A stretch of DNA of 64,000 nucleotides from Rickettsiales bacterium (lineage in GTDB: Bacteria > Pseudomonadota > Alphaproteobacteria > Rickettsiales > JABIRX01). The translations under genes were made by a program, and so were the position numbers. This document shows, in pieces, positions 11,870-22,136 of the stretch. The stretch lies in assembly GCA_965222515.1 (NCBI GenBank), contig CBDCUE010000006.1:1543-65542 (forward strand), read 5' to 3'. The notes beneath the pieces were generated by a model. The model searched no databases. It had not been told where the DNA came from and worked only from the letters and a program-made list of their open reading frames with translations. The first letter of the stretch is position 1; every line of letters begins with the position of its first letter.

Positions 11870-13129
11870 ATGAAAATTGTAATATTAGGTTCTGGTGCAA
11901 GGGAGCATTCCATTTGTGTGGCTATCTCTAAATCAAGATTATTAACAAAATTATATATCATTGCTGGAAATGCTGGAATAGCAAATGTGGCAGAAATAGT
12001 TGATATTTTACTAAGTGATTTTGTTGCTATCAAGAATTTTTGTTTAGCAAAAGAAATAGATTTAGTTTTTGTAGGACCAGAGCAACCATTAGTGGATGGT
12101 ATTGTAGAATTTTTAGAAAAATTTAATATTGCAGTTATTGGTGCAGATAGTTATTGTGCACAATTAGAATCTTCCAAGAGTTTTACTAAAAAAATTTGTG
12201 ATATTAAAAATATTCCTACGGCAAAATATCAGGGTTTTACTAATGAAGAAGATGCTATTATTTATTTAGCAGAAGAAAATAAATATCCACAAGTGATAAA
12301 AGCTGATGGGTTAGCAGCAGGGAAGGGTGTTATTATTGCTGCTGATTTTGCAGATGCTAAGCAGGCTGTGAAAGAGATCTTTGCTGGAAAATTTGGTTCT
12401 ATGTCTAAAATCATAATAGAAGAATTTTTAATAGGAATAGAAGCTAGTGTGTTTGCTATTGCTGATGGTAATAGCTTTAAATTATTGTCAAATGCAGGAG
12501 ATCATAAAAGAATAGGAGATGGTGATGTTGGTTTAAATACAGGTGGAATGGGTAGTTATTCACCTAGTCCTTTTGTAACCAAAGAAATAGAAAATCAAGT
12601 GATAGAAGAGATTTTAAAACCAACTTTTTCTTATTTAAAAGAGCAAGGTCATAACTATAAAGGAATCATTTTTGCAGGTCTTATGATAAGTAAAGAGCAA
12701 AAAGCTTATTTAATAGAATATAATATTAGGTTTGGAGATCCTGAAACTCAAAGCATTCTGTCTAGATTAGAAACAGATTTTTTAGAAATTTGCAAAGCTG
12801 TAAAAGAGCAAAAGTTAGCAGATTTGGAAGTGAAGTTCTCTAATAAAAAAGCTGTTACTTTGGTTATTTCTAGCAATGGTTATCCAGAAAATTACAAAAA
12901 GGGTGGTGTGATTAATTTAGATAATATTGATAAGGAAAAAGTAACAATTTTTCATGCTGGAACAAAAGTACAAAATAATCAATTAATTGCAAATGGTGGT
13001 AGAGTTTTAAACCTAACTGCCATAGAAGATAGTTTTGCTAAAGCAAGAGATGCTGTTTATGAGCAAGCAGAAAAAATAAAGTGGCAAGATAAATATTATA
13101 GAACAGACATTGCCCAGAAAGTTGTGTGA
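11870..13129 (+). CDS. purD: Phosphoribosylamine-glycine ligase
   Basis: GSGAREH, VGPEQPLVDG, KADGLAAGKGV, DHKRIGDGDVGLNTGGMG, RFGDPETQ. Confidence 0.97.
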   Translation: MKIVILGSGAREHSICVAISKSRLLTKLYIIAGNAGIANVAEIVDILLSDFVAIKNFCLAKEIDLVFVGPEQPLVDGIVEFLEKFNIAVIGADSYCAQLESSKSFTKKICDIKNIPTAKYQGFTNEEDAIIYLAEENKYPQVIKADGLAAGKGVIIAADFADAKQAVKEIFAGKFGSMSKIIIEEFLIGIEASVFAIADGNSFKLLSNAGDHKRIGDGDVGLNTGGMGSYSPSPFVTKEIENQVIEEILKPTFSYLKEQGHNYKGIIFAGLMISKEQKAYLIEYNIRFGDPETQSILSRLETDFLEICKAVKEQKLADLEVKFSNKKAVTLVISSNGYPENYKKGGVINLDNIDKEKVTIFHAGTKVQNNQLIANGGRVLNLTAIEDSFAKARDAVYEQAEKIKWQDKYYRTDIAQKVV

Positions 13130-13169
13130 TTTATGAAAGAAATAATTTTGTTTTAGTATAATCCTTTTT

Positions 13170-14042
13170 ATGAATAGAACAGAGCTTTTGCATAGTATAA
13201 AAAAAAGATTTTTGCAAAATGATATAAGTAGCTTTGATGCTAGTATTTTATTTTTTGATGTTTTAAATATTTCTAAGGAAGAATTTTATAGTGATCCTAA
13301 AAAAGAAGTTAGTAAGAAAATTCAGAAAAAATTATTAAAATTATCAGAAGAAAGAATTGTTGAAAAAAAACCAGTTAGTAAAATAATTGGTAAAAAGGAG
13401 TTTTTCTCTTTAGATTTTTTTGTAGATGAAAATGTTTTAGATCCAAGGGCAGATAGTGAGACTTTAGTAGAATTAGCATTAGAATATATAAAAAAAACTA
13501 ACAATAAAAACTTAAATATTTTAGAAATAGGCACAGGATCTGCTTGTTTGATTATTTCTCTTATCAAAAATATAAAAAAAACAATATTTGGCATAAAAAA
13601 ATGCCAAGGAACAGCAATAGATATTTCCTCTCAAGCTTTAAAAATAGCAAAAAAAAATATCAAATTTCATAATTTAGAAAATAATATAGAGCTAGTAAAA
13701 AGCAATCTTTTTAATGAGTTAAAACCAGTCAAAAGTTATGATTTGCTAATTTCCAACCCTCCTTACATTCCATTTAAAGAAATAGCAGGATTGCAGCAAG
13801 AAGTTTTTTTACACGATCCTCATTTAGCTTTAGATGGAGGAAGAGATGGTTTAAATTTTTATAGTGAAATAGCAAAATCTTCTAAAGATTTTTTGAAAGC
13901 AAGAGCCTTAATTATTTTAGAAATAGGGCAAGGGCAAGAAGATCAAATAAAAACTATATTTTTGCAACAAAGTTACAGTTTTTTAGCAGAACAAAAAGAT
14001 TTGGCAGGAATTATTAGATGTTTGGTATTTCAAAATAATTGA
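13170..14042 (+). CDS. prmC: Release factor glutamine methyltransferase
   Basis: VLDPRADSETLVE, EIGTGSAC, SNPPY, ALDGGRDGL. Confidence 0.93.
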   Translation: MNRTELLHSIKKRFLQNDISSFDASILFFDVLNISKEEFYSDPKKEVSKKIQKKLLKLSEERIVEKKPVSKIIGKKEFFSLDFFVDENVLDPRADSETLVELALEYIKKTNNKNLNILEIGTGSACLIISLIKNIKKTIFGIKKCQGTAIDISSQALKIAKKNIKFHNLENNIELVKSNLFNELKPVKSYDLLISNPPYIPFKEIAGLQQEVFLHDPHLALDGGRDGLNFYSEIAKSSKDFLKARALIILEIGQGQEDQIKTIFLQQSYSFLAEQKDLAGIIRCLVFQNN

Positions 14043-14074
14043 CAAAATACGATTTGTGAAAAAAGTTGTTATTT

Positions 14075-14962
14075 CTAATCTGCTAAGCTTATCATAGATT
14101 TATAGCCAGTTCCTGCATAATTATTTATTTGTTCTTCTGATAACTTGCTTGTTACATAGTTTTTTAGAAATTGTGATAAATATTGGGCAGTTTCAATAGT
14201 AGTTTTTTGTTCTATCTTTAATTGCTTAAAAAAAATATCAAACTCTAAAAAATTGTTAAAGGCGAAAATATCTTGCCAAATTTTTTGATTAGAATAGCAT
14301 AATCTGATAAAATTTTGATAATTAGGAAAATCTTTTTTTAATGTTTCACATGAAACATCTAGCTTTTTTTGATTATTATCAAAATTTTTTTCAAAAAAGA
14401 AAAAAGCAAGTTTTTGTGGTAAGTGAGAAATTAATCCATAAATTTTATCATGTGCTTTACTATCTAAATATTCTATATGCATAGAAATGCTTTTGAAAAA
14501 CTTTGCTATTATTTGAGTTTTATCATTTTTTTTGCTTGTTATTATTAGCTTTTTATTTTGATATAGATTTTTCTTTATTGCTCCAATGCCAGAAATATGA
14601 GAACCTGCAATAGGGTGAGAAGCCACAAAAGAATTTGTATAATCTCCTAAAAATTCTTCTGCAATAGTCATAATAGTATTTTTTACAGAACCTAAATCGC
14701 AAATAATTACATCTTTTTTTAAATTCATATCTGATATTTTAATAAAAATATCTTGATAAGTTTTTAAGGGAGTAGCAATAAAAATTAGATCTGCTATTTT
14801 TAGATCATTATAATCAGTGGTGCTTTTTTGCTGAAGTGTTTTTTCAAGCTGTTTTTTGTCTTTTAAAATGATTACAATTTTATGATTTTTTTTGTTTAAA
14901 ACATAGGCTAGTGAACCACCCATTAAACCTCCTCCAATTATTGCTATATTTAGTTTTTTCAT
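14075..14962 (-). CDS. tyrA: Prephenate/arogenate dehydrogenase family protein (start taken at MKKLNIAIIG)
   Basis: GGGLMGGSLA Rossmann motif, DLGSVK, HPIAGS, HDKIYGLISHLP. Confidence 0.78.
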   Translation of the reverse strand: MKKLNIAIIGGGLMGGSLAYVLNKKNHKIVIILKDKKQLEKTLQQKSTTDYNDLKIADLIFIATPLKTYQDIFIKISDMNLKKDVIICDLGSVKNTIMTIAEEFLGDYTNSFVASHPIAGSHISGIGAIKKNLYQNKKLIITSKKNDKTQIIAKFFKSISMHIEYLDSKAHDKIYGLISHLPQKLAFFFFEKNFDNNQKKLDVSCETLKKDFPNYQNFIRLCYSNQKIWQDIFAFNNFLEFDIFFKQLKIEQKTTIETAQYLSQFLKNYVTSKLSEEQINNYAGTGYKSMISLAD

Positions 14963-14969
14963 ATAAATT

Positions 14970-15875
14970 TTATTTTTTAAGCAGTCTCTCATCTGTAACA
15001 AAAAATTCTTTTTTGCTACTATTTAAAAAAATTTTTGCACCGATGGGCAAAGGAGCATTTTGGGCCTTATGTCCTGCTGGAAAATTTGCCAAAACTGGAA
15101 TATCTTTGGGTAAAAAATCCTTAATTAAATTAAAAATCTTGTTGCATTCAAGTTCTTTTTCTCCTATAATAAAATTTCCCAAAACTAACCCTTTGATGTT
15201 TTTTAAACAATTTGCATAGTAAAGCTGTGAAAAACATCTTTCTATTCTTTGATAAGATTCTTGCTCATCTTCAAAAAAAACAATTTTGCTAGAAAAATCT
15301 ACTTGCCAAGCTGTGCCGATTAAGGAACTAATAATAGCCAAATTTCCGCCCAGTAAAATCCCTTCTGCTTGTCCTTTTTGCAAAGAAGTTAGTTGCTTTT
15401 GCTTTTCTCCTGCCAATTCTTCACCCCAAGCTGATTTTTTATCAGAAAAAACTTTGGAGAAAAACAACTTTTTTTCATAGGAATCTGCTTCTTTTAAGGT
15501 TGTAGCAAGGTGAGAATGAATAGCAATACTGCCTTTTGTTGCTAGATAATTCAAAAAAACAGAAATATCGCTAAAACCAATAAATTTTATATTTTGTAAT
15601 TTCTTTTGCTGGTTTAATTCATCAAAAAAAGGTAATAAATTCATAGCACCACTGCCACCTCTTATGGCAAAAAAAATATCGCAATCTAATAATTCTGAGA
15701 TTTGTTGCTTTCTTTGTTCAATAGTTCCTGCAAAAAAATTATCTTTTGCAGTGATAAGTTTAGAATATTTAGGATTTATGTTATTTTTGGCAAGATATTG
15801 CAAAACATCTTGTAAATCTTTTGTCGTGATATTGCCTGATGGAGCAAATAAAGCTATTTGATGTTTTTTTGTCAT
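14970..15875 (-). CDS. ldcA: LD-carboxypeptidase (peptidase S66)
   Basis: APSG, RGGSG, GFSDIS, GGNL, FFEDEQE, FPAGH. Confidence 0.88.
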   Translation of the reverse strand: MTKKHQIALFAPSGNITTKDLQDVLQYLAKNNINPKYSKLITAKDNFFAGTIEQRKQQISELLDCDIFFAIRGGSGAMNLLPFFDELNQQKKLQNIKFIGFSDISVFLNYLATKGSIAIHSHLATTLKEADSYEKKLFFSKVFSDKKSAWGEELAGEKQKQLTSLQKGQAEGILLGGNLAIISSLIGTAWQVDFSSKIVFFEDEQESYQRIERCFSQLYYANCLKNIKGLVLGNFIIGEKELECNKIFNLIKDFLPKDIPVLANFPAGHKAQNAPLPIGAKIFLNSSKKEFFVTDERLLKK

Positions 15876-15910
15876 TTTTTTTATATTTTTTATATTATAA
15901 TCTATATATA

Positions 15911-15958
15911 CTAAGGTAAAATAGGAAGAATAGATCCTACAAACCAGTTTTACCTTAG
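15911..15958 (+). promoter_or_regulatory. Stem-loop in the hemA 5' region
   Basis: CTAAGGTAAAA / TTTTACCTTAG 11-bp inverted repeat enclosing an inner TAGGA/TCCTA stem, ending 30 nt before the hemA ATG. Confidence 0.4.
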
Positions 15959-15987
15959 CATAATAACTGCTTCTTTACAAATAAAAA

Positions 15988-17187
15988 ATGCATAATATAG
16001 ATTATTCCAGTTTTTTTACTAATGCCATTGATGTTTTAAAAAAAGATGGCAGGTACAGAGAGTTCAAAGAGTTAGCCAGAAAGGTTGGGGCATTCCCTAT
16101 TGCTAAAAATATGCTCAATGGTCAAGATGTTACAATTTGGTGTAGCAATGATTATTTGGCAATGGGACAAAGAAAAGAAGTTATTGATAAAATGCATCAA
16201 GCACTTGATGATTTAGGAGCTGGTTCAGGAGGCACAAGAAATATTTCAGGAAACCATCCAATAGTTGTGGAATTAGAAAAAGAAGTTGCTGCATTGCATC
16301 AAAAAGAAGCCGCTTTGGTGTTTGGTTGTGGTTATTTAGCCAATGAAACAACCTTATCTACCTTAGTAACAAAACTTCCTAATGCAGTGTTTTTTTCTGA
16401 TGAAAAAAATCACTCTTCAATGATTAATGGTATTAAAAATTCAAGAGCAGAAAAACATATTTTTAGACATAATGACACAAATCATTTAGCAGAATTATTG
16501 CAAAAAACAGATATTAACAGACCAAAAATAATTGCTTTTGAATCTGTTTATTCTATGGATGGAGATGTTGGAGCAATAAAAGAAATATCTGATTTAGCCA
16601 AAAAATACCAAGCTTTAACTTATTTAGATGAAGTTCATGCAGTTGGTTTATATGGTAAAAATGGTGCAGGAATGGCAGAAAGAGAAGGGTTGCTTAATGA
16701 AATAGACATTATTCAAGGAACTTTTGCCAAGGCTTACGGAGTTATGGGTGGTTATATTGCCGCTAATAGTGAAATTGTAGATGTAATTAGAAGCTATGCA
16801 GCAGGTTTTATTTTTACCACAGCATTGCCACCAGTTCTAGCTTCTGGTTCCCTTGCTAGTTTAAGATTCTTGAAAAACAATAATGAATTAAGAAAACAAC
16901 ACCAAGAAGTAGTTTTGTCTTTAAAAGAAAAATTAAGAAAATCAAAGAATATAAAAATATTGGAAAACAATACTCACATTATTCCTGTAATGATTAATGA
17001 TACTAGAAAATGTAAAAAACTATCAGATATTTTACTAAATGATTATCAAATTTATCTGCAACCGATTAATTATCCTACAGTAAAAATAGGAACTGAAAGA
17101 TTAAGAATAACAGCAACTCCGTTACATAATGAAGAAATGCAAGATAAATTAGTGAGTGCTTTAGAAGAAGTTTTGTTAAAGATCTAA
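15988..17187 (+). CDS. hemA: 5-aminolevulinate synthase
   Basis: [59 protein letters not shown]. Confidence 0.96.
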   Translation: MHNIDYSSFFTNAIDVLKKDGRYREFKELARKVGAFPIAKNMLNGQDVTIWCSNDYLAMGQRKEVIDKMHQALDDLGAGSGGTRNISGNHPIVVELEKEVAALHQKEAALVFGCGYLANETTLSTLVTKLPNAVFFSDEKNHSSMINGIKNSRAEKHIFRHNDTNHLAELLQKTDINRPKIIAFESVYSMDGDVGAIKEISDLAKKYQALTYLDEVHAVGLYGKNGAGMAEREGLLNEIDIIQGTFAKAYGVMGGYIAANSEIVDVIRSYAAGFIFTTALPPVLASGSLASLRFLKNNNELRKQHQEVVLSLKEKLRKSKNIKILENNTHIIPVMINDTRKCKKLSDILLNDYQIYLQPINYPTVKIGTERLRITATPLHNEEMQDKLVSALEEVLLKI

Positions 17188-18918
17188 ATCTTGTCTTAAC
17201 TCTGCTAATGTGTTGGTTCTTGCTTTTATTTCGCTTAAATAAATAATCTTTGCTTGGTCTGACAAAAAGTTTAATTCTTTTTTTTGCTTTTCTAAGATTC
17301 TAGCTTCATAATAATAATGCCAGATTTTTAATAAATCTTCTTCTTTTACTTGCAAAATTCTTTCTAATTGAATTTTTTTGTCAAAAATTTGAAATAAAAA
17401 TGAACTGATATTATTTTTTAACCATAACAAAATTTTATCTATATCCAATTCTTGATTATTGATCAAATAAGATTGTGTCTTTTCTAAATTTTCATCATTC
17501 CACTCAATAAGAGAAATCTCCTCTTCTATTTTCTCATGAGAACTTAATAATTTATTATTTAAGATAATAAAAGTCATAAGGGTAAGATCACTGGATATAT
17601 ATTCATTTTGATAATTAGTTTTGCATTTTTCTAAAAGATTATGATTATTTTGATATGATTTTTTATAATTTCTAAAAAAATCATAAAATTTACTAGAGAA
17701 ATATTGGTAATATTCTTTTGCAATCTGTTTGTTTTGAATATTATTAGCCAAAGCTCTTAAATCGACTAGGATTTTTGCTTTTTTTTCTGGAGAAATATCT
17801 GTTTTTACTAAAAATTGCTCTAAAATAATATCTGCTAAAGATTTTTTTTTATTTAATACATTAATTAAGCTTCTCTTGCCTTGCTTTAGCACATCATCAG
17901 GATCTTTTCCTTCTGGCAATATAACAAAATCCAAAGATTTTCCTATTTCTAATTCTTTTAAGGCAAATTCTGCTATTCTATGCATTGCTTTTCTTCCTGC
18001 AAGATCTCCATCTAAGCAAATAGTGGGGATGTCTACATATTTCCATAAAAAACTCAAATGCTCAACAGAAAAAGAAGTGCCAAGAGGAGCAACTGCATTT
18101 TCAATACCAGCCCTATATAAAGCTATTACATCCATATATCCTTCACAAACCATCACTTGCTTTTGCTTCATTATAGAGCTTTTTGCTCTATTAAAATTAT
18201 AAACTAAATTTCTTTTTTTAAAGAATTTATATTCAGGCGAGTTGATATATTTAGGATTGCCTTCTTTGAGTATTCTACCACCAAAAGCAACTATTTTTCC
18301 AGAATGATTATGGATAGGAAACATTAATCTTTCTGAAAATAAAAAATAAGAACCATAGCTTCCATCTCTAAACAAGCCTAACTCTAATAATTTATTTTTT
18401 GCAAAATTATTTTCTTGCACAAAATTATCCACCAAACCTTTAGTTGGTGCATAGCCAATGGAAAATTTATCTATAACATCTTTGGCTAAATCTCTTTTTT
18501 TTATATATTCTTGTGCAATATTAGATTTTTGATATTCTTGGATAAAAAAATCATTAAATTTAGTGATAATCTCAAAATCTTTATCTTCTTCTACTAATTC
18601 TGTTTTTGACCTAAAACTATTTTGTGGAACGGCAACTCCTGCATAATCAGCAATATATTTGATGCTATCTATAAAATTATAACCATCATTTTTTTGTAAA
18701 AAGGAAAAAACATCACCACTTTCAGAGCAACCAAAACAATAAAATGATTGAGTGTTGTCGTTAATTACAAAAGATGGAGTTTTTTCATTATGAAAAGGGC
18801 ATAATGCTTTGTATCTAGCTTGCCCTGATGGTTTTAAAGAAACTGATTTGCCAATAATCTCGCTAATTAAAATTCGATTTTTTAAATCTGCAATAAAATT
18901 ACTATCTATGCTACTCAT
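17176..18918 (-). CDS. dnaG: DNA primase
   Basis: Zn ribbon [11 protein letters not shown]...[35 protein letters not shown]. Confidence 0.97.
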   Translation of the reverse strand: MSSIDSNFIADLKNRILISEIIGKSVSLKPSGQARYKALCPFHNEKTPSFVINDNTQSFYCFGCSESGDVFSFLQKNDGYNFIDSIKYIADYAGVAVPQNSFRSKTELVEEDKDFEIITKFNDFFIQEYQKSNIAQEYIKKRDLAKDVIDKFSIGYAPTKGLVDNFVQENNFAKNKLLELGLFRDGSYGSYFLFSERLMFPIHNHSGKIVAFGGRILKEGNPKYINSPEYKFFKKRNLVYNFNRAKSSIMKQKQVMVCEGYMDVIALYRAGIENAVAPLGTSFSVEHLSFLWKYVDIPTICLDGDLAGRKAMHRIAEFALKELEIGKSLDFVILPEGKDPDDVLKQGKRSLINVLNKKKSLADIILEQFLVKTDISPEKKAKILVDLRALANNIQNKQIAKEYYQYFSSKFYDFFRNYKKSYQNNHNLLEKCKTNYQNEYISSDLTLMTFIILNNKLLSSHEKIEEEISLIEWNDENLEKTQSYLINNQELDIDKILLWLKNNISSFLFQIFDKKIQLERILQVKEEDLLKIWHYYYEARILEKQKKELNFLSDQAKIIYLSEIKARTNTLAELRQDLDL

Positions 18919-18958
18919 TTCTATCTAAATAATTTAGTTGTATTATACTATTTTAGTA

Positions 18959-19560
18959 TTATTTATGAATTTTTTCTAATTCCTCTATTTTTTTTTCTAA
19001 AATTTTTAAAAATTTTGTAAAACCATTATTACTAATTATTCCTGCAAATTCTTCTCTTTTTGCTCCTGCAAAACTGATTCCCTCTGCTATTAAATCTACT
19101 AATTTATATTTAAAATCTTTTCTTATTATTAATAATTCCAATTCTATATTAACATTATTTATAGTTGTTATAGTAATGATTGAGACATATTTGTTATTAG
19201 CAATTTCTTTGGTTGAGAGTACTTTATATTTTTCACCACTATATCCATTGAATTTAGGTGCATAACTTACCAAAACATATTTTCTTAGTAATTTAAAAAA
19301 ATCTTCTTTTTGTTGCTCATTTATTCTTCTCCAAGTTCTGCCTAAAATAAATTTTGAAATAGTAGAAATATCTATGTTTTGATCAAGATAATCGGCTAAT
19401 TTATTAGCAACGACCTGATTTGATTTTTTTCTTTTACAATTTTAAAAATATCATCAACAAAATTTTGAGTAAAGTTTTGAGCATCATTACTGTTATTTGC
19501 AAAAGATATTTGAGCAAAGGAGATAATAAGTAAAATAGGTAATATTAAGATTTTTTTCAT
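18959..19560 (-). pseudogene. mlaC: MlaC/ttg2D phospholipid-binding protein with an apparent 1-nt deletion in an A7 run near 19424-19430
   Basis: ATG at 19560 gives a signal peptide and stops after 54 codons. Adding one A opens KKSNQVVANKLADYLDQNIDISTISKFILGRTW..., which joins the 18959-19273 ORF (DLIAEGISF...KREEF). Lies directly behind mlaA. Confidence 0.8.
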
Positions 19561-20279
19561 CTATCTCTATTTTGTATATAAGCTGATCTAATAAAACTAT
19601 AAGGGTCTAGAGATCCTCTTTCAATTTGCTCCCATGGATCTAAAAGCCTTTCCCTAACATCTAAAAGATAGGTGCCACTATATATTTGGTATTTTGATTT
19701 TTCAACCAATTTCACAGGATATATCAGGGAAGTAATAGTAAGCCCTGCTAAGTCTCGTGGATTGCTGGGGCCTAAAAATGGTAACATTAAATAAGGGCCT
19801 TTAGGTATTTTATATTTTGCAAACACCCTGCCCAAATCTTCTTTTTTTGCATAAGTTATGCCAAAATTATTTTCTGTAGGCTTGAATAAACCAGCTATGC
19901 CAATAGTAGAATTTATAGCAAAGCTACTAAAAGCCTTACCTGCATTAACAAACTCTCCTCTTAAAATAGAACTTACTATCACCACAGGTTGCAAAATGTT
20001 TTGTAAAAAATTTTTAATAGATATTCTAACGGGTTTGGGAGTTGCTTTTCTATATGAAGTAGCAATGGGTTTAGCAGTAACTTTATCTATTAATTTATTA
20101 AATTTATAAATTTTTCGATTTAATTTTTCAAAAGGATCATAAATTTGTGAAACAACCTTATCATCTTTTTCATCTGAAAACATACCATATTTACTGCTTT
20201 TTGCTAAAGATTGATTATTAATGCAGAAAGAAATTAATAATATACAAAAAATATTTATGTATTTTGGGATTATGTTCAT
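19557..20279 (-). CDS. mlaA: MlaA/VacJ family lipoprotein-like protein
   Basis: DPFEKLNRKIYKFN, FAINSTIGIAGLF, EDLG, GPYLMLPFLGPSNPRD, DPYSFIRSAY. Confidence 0.93.
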   Translation of the reverse strand: MNIIPKYINIFCILLISFCINNQSLAKSSKYGMFSDEKDDKVVSQIYDPFEKLNRKIYKFNKLIDKVTAKPIATSYRKATPKPVRISIKNFLQNILQPVVIVSSILRGEFVNAGKAFSSFAINSTIGIAGLFKPTENNFGITYAKKEDLGRVFAKYKIPKGPYLMLPFLGPSNPRDLAGLTITSLIYPVKLVEKSKYQIYSGTYLLDVRERLLDPWEQIERGSLDPYSFIRSAYIQNRDR

Positions 20280-20479
20280 ATCAATTTATTGAATTTTGTT
20301 TTGCTATAATAACCCATTATTAATAACAAATCAAGAAAAAGCAATAAATAATGATATACTAAAACAAAATTAATTTGCAGGGTTTCTTTTTCCTATTTTA
20401 AATTGCTGTTTAATAATTGACTTATGATCAATATAGATATATTTTATATTATATGAAATAGACTGTAGAACTGCATTTT

Positions 20480-21517
20480 ATGCTGCTTAACTTAAAAAAA
20501 ATGAAAGAAAAATTCTTAAAAAAAATTGCTAAGGTAGAAAATGTTAGTGAGTTGGAAGAAGTGAGATTGGAGTTTTTGGGAAAAAAAGGGACGATTTCGC
20601 AAGAAATGAAATTATTAGGAAAGCTAGCTATTGAAGAAAAAAAATCTAAAGGGCAAGAAATTAATCAAATCAAAAACTTTATTGTAGAAAACATTGCCAA
20701 GAAACAAGATATTTTTGCTAAACAAGAATTGGATAAAAAAATAGAGCAGGAGGGTATGGATTTAACTTTGCCTGCTAGAAAGAATAATATAGGTTCTATT
20801 CATCCAATTACTAAGGTAATAAATGATATTGTTAAGATTTTTGAAAATATGGGTTTTTTGGCGGTGGAAGGGCCAGAAATAGAAGATGATTTTCATAATT
20901 TCACTGCTTTAAACATTCCAGAAAATCATCCTGCAAGACAAATGCATGATACTTTTTATCTAAAAAATATGGAATATTTGCTTAGAACTCACACTTCATC
21001 GGTGCAAATTAGAACTATGCAAAAGGGTAAGCCTCCTTTTGCTATTGTGGCTCCTGGCAAAACTTATCGTTCAGATTCAGATGCTACTCACACCCCAATA
21101 TTTCATCAGATAGAGGTTTTATATATAGCAAAAAAAGCATCTATGGCTAATCTAAAATTTGTGATTAAGAATTTTTTGGATAGTTTTTTTAAAGAAGAGA
21201 TTTCTTTAAGATTTAGAAGTAGTTTTTTCCCTTTTACCGAGCCTTCTGCAGAAGTTGATATTGAATGTATGATGCTAGAAGATAAAATTGATTTGCAAAA
21301 AAGAGGTGATTTTTTAGAGATAATGGGTTGCGGGATGGTGCATCCTAATGTGTTAAAAGCAGTTAATATTGATCCTACTGAATGGTCAGGTTTTGCTCTT
21401 GGTTTGGGGGTTGAAAGGGTTGCGATGTTGAAATATGGAATGAGAGATTTAAGGAAATTTTTTAATTCTAGTAAAAACTGGATCAATAGTTACAATTTTA
21501 AAACTTATGATATCTAG
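20480..21517 (+). CDS. pheS: Phenylalanine-tRNA ligase alpha subunit
   Basis: HPARQMHDTFY, LRTHTSSVQIR, FPFTEPSAEVD, GFALGLGVERVAMLKYG. Confidence 0.98.
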   Translation: MLLNLKKMKEKFLKKIAKVENVSELEEVRLEFLGKKGTISQEMKLLGKLAIEEKKSKGQEINQIKNFIVENIAKKQDIFAKQELDKKIEQEGMDLTLPARKNNIGSIHPITKVINDIVKIFENMGFLAVEGPEIEDDFHNFTALNIPENHPARQMHDTFYLKNMEYLLRTHTSSVQIRTMQKGKPPFAIVAPGKTYRSDSDATHTPIFHQIEVLYIAKKASMANLKFVIKNFLDSFFKEEISLRFRSSFFPFTEPSAEVDIECMMLEDKIDLQKRGDFLEIMGCGMVHPNVLKAVNIDPTEWSGFALGLGVERVAMLKYGMRDLRKFFNSSKNWINSYNFKTYDI

Positions 21518-22103
21518 ATTTTTTGCTATAATATTATTTATATTACTATTTCCTTTAATCTTTTTTATTTCTGTATTGATCACTATAAAAGATGGTTTTC
21601 CTGTATTTTTTCTACAAAAAAGGTTAGGTTATCAAGGAAAAAATTTTGTTTGTTATAAATTCCGAACAATGAGAGAGGGAGCTGCTCAAGAGAAAATAAG
21701 ATGGAAAAAAAATAATCCAGAAAAATGGGCAGAATATGAGAAAAATAATTTTAAATTAAAAAACGATCATAGAGTTACTACAACAGGAAAATTTTTAAGA
21801 AAAACAAGCTTGGATGAATTGCCTCAAATATTTAATATCATTGGAGGAACAATGAATTTTGTAGGACCTAGACCATTACTACTGAGAGAAAAAAAATTAT
21901 ATGGTAAAGATAATTTTAAATATTACAAAAAAGTAAAGCCTGGTGTTACAGGCTTGTGGCAGGTGGAAGGCAGAAGTGAAACTAGTTTTGCAGATAGAAT
22001 TGCATTAGATATAAAATTCATAAAAAATAACTCTGCCAAGCAAAAATTTTTTATTTTGTTAAAAACAATTAAGGTTGTTTTGTTAGGCAAAGGTGCTTTT
22101 TAG
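21507..22103 (+). CDS. Bacterial sugar (polyprenyl-phosphate glycosylphospho-) transferase, WbaP/WcaJ catalytic domain
   Basis: YKFRTM, D.RVT..GKFLRKTSLDELPQ, GPRP, KPGVTGLWQV.GRS. Confidence 0.92.
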   Translation: MISRFFAIILFILLFPLIFFISVLITIKDGFPVFFLQKRLGYQGKNFVCYKFRTMREGAAQEKIRWKKNNPEKWAEYEKNNFKLKNDHRVTTTGKFLRKTSLDELPQIFNIIGGTMNFVGPRPLLLREKKLYGKDNFKYYKKVKPGVTGLWQVEGRSETSFADRIALDIKFIKNNSAKQKFFILLKTIKVVLLGKGAF

Positions 22104-22136
22104 CTTTGATTCTCAGCTAAAGTAGTATTAAAAAAA

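Noticed and set aside
18943-18956. TTATACTATTTTAG (and CTAAAAATAGTATTA at 39428-39442) resembling solo MITE ends
   Set aside because: Too short and AT-rich, with no partner end; could be chance.
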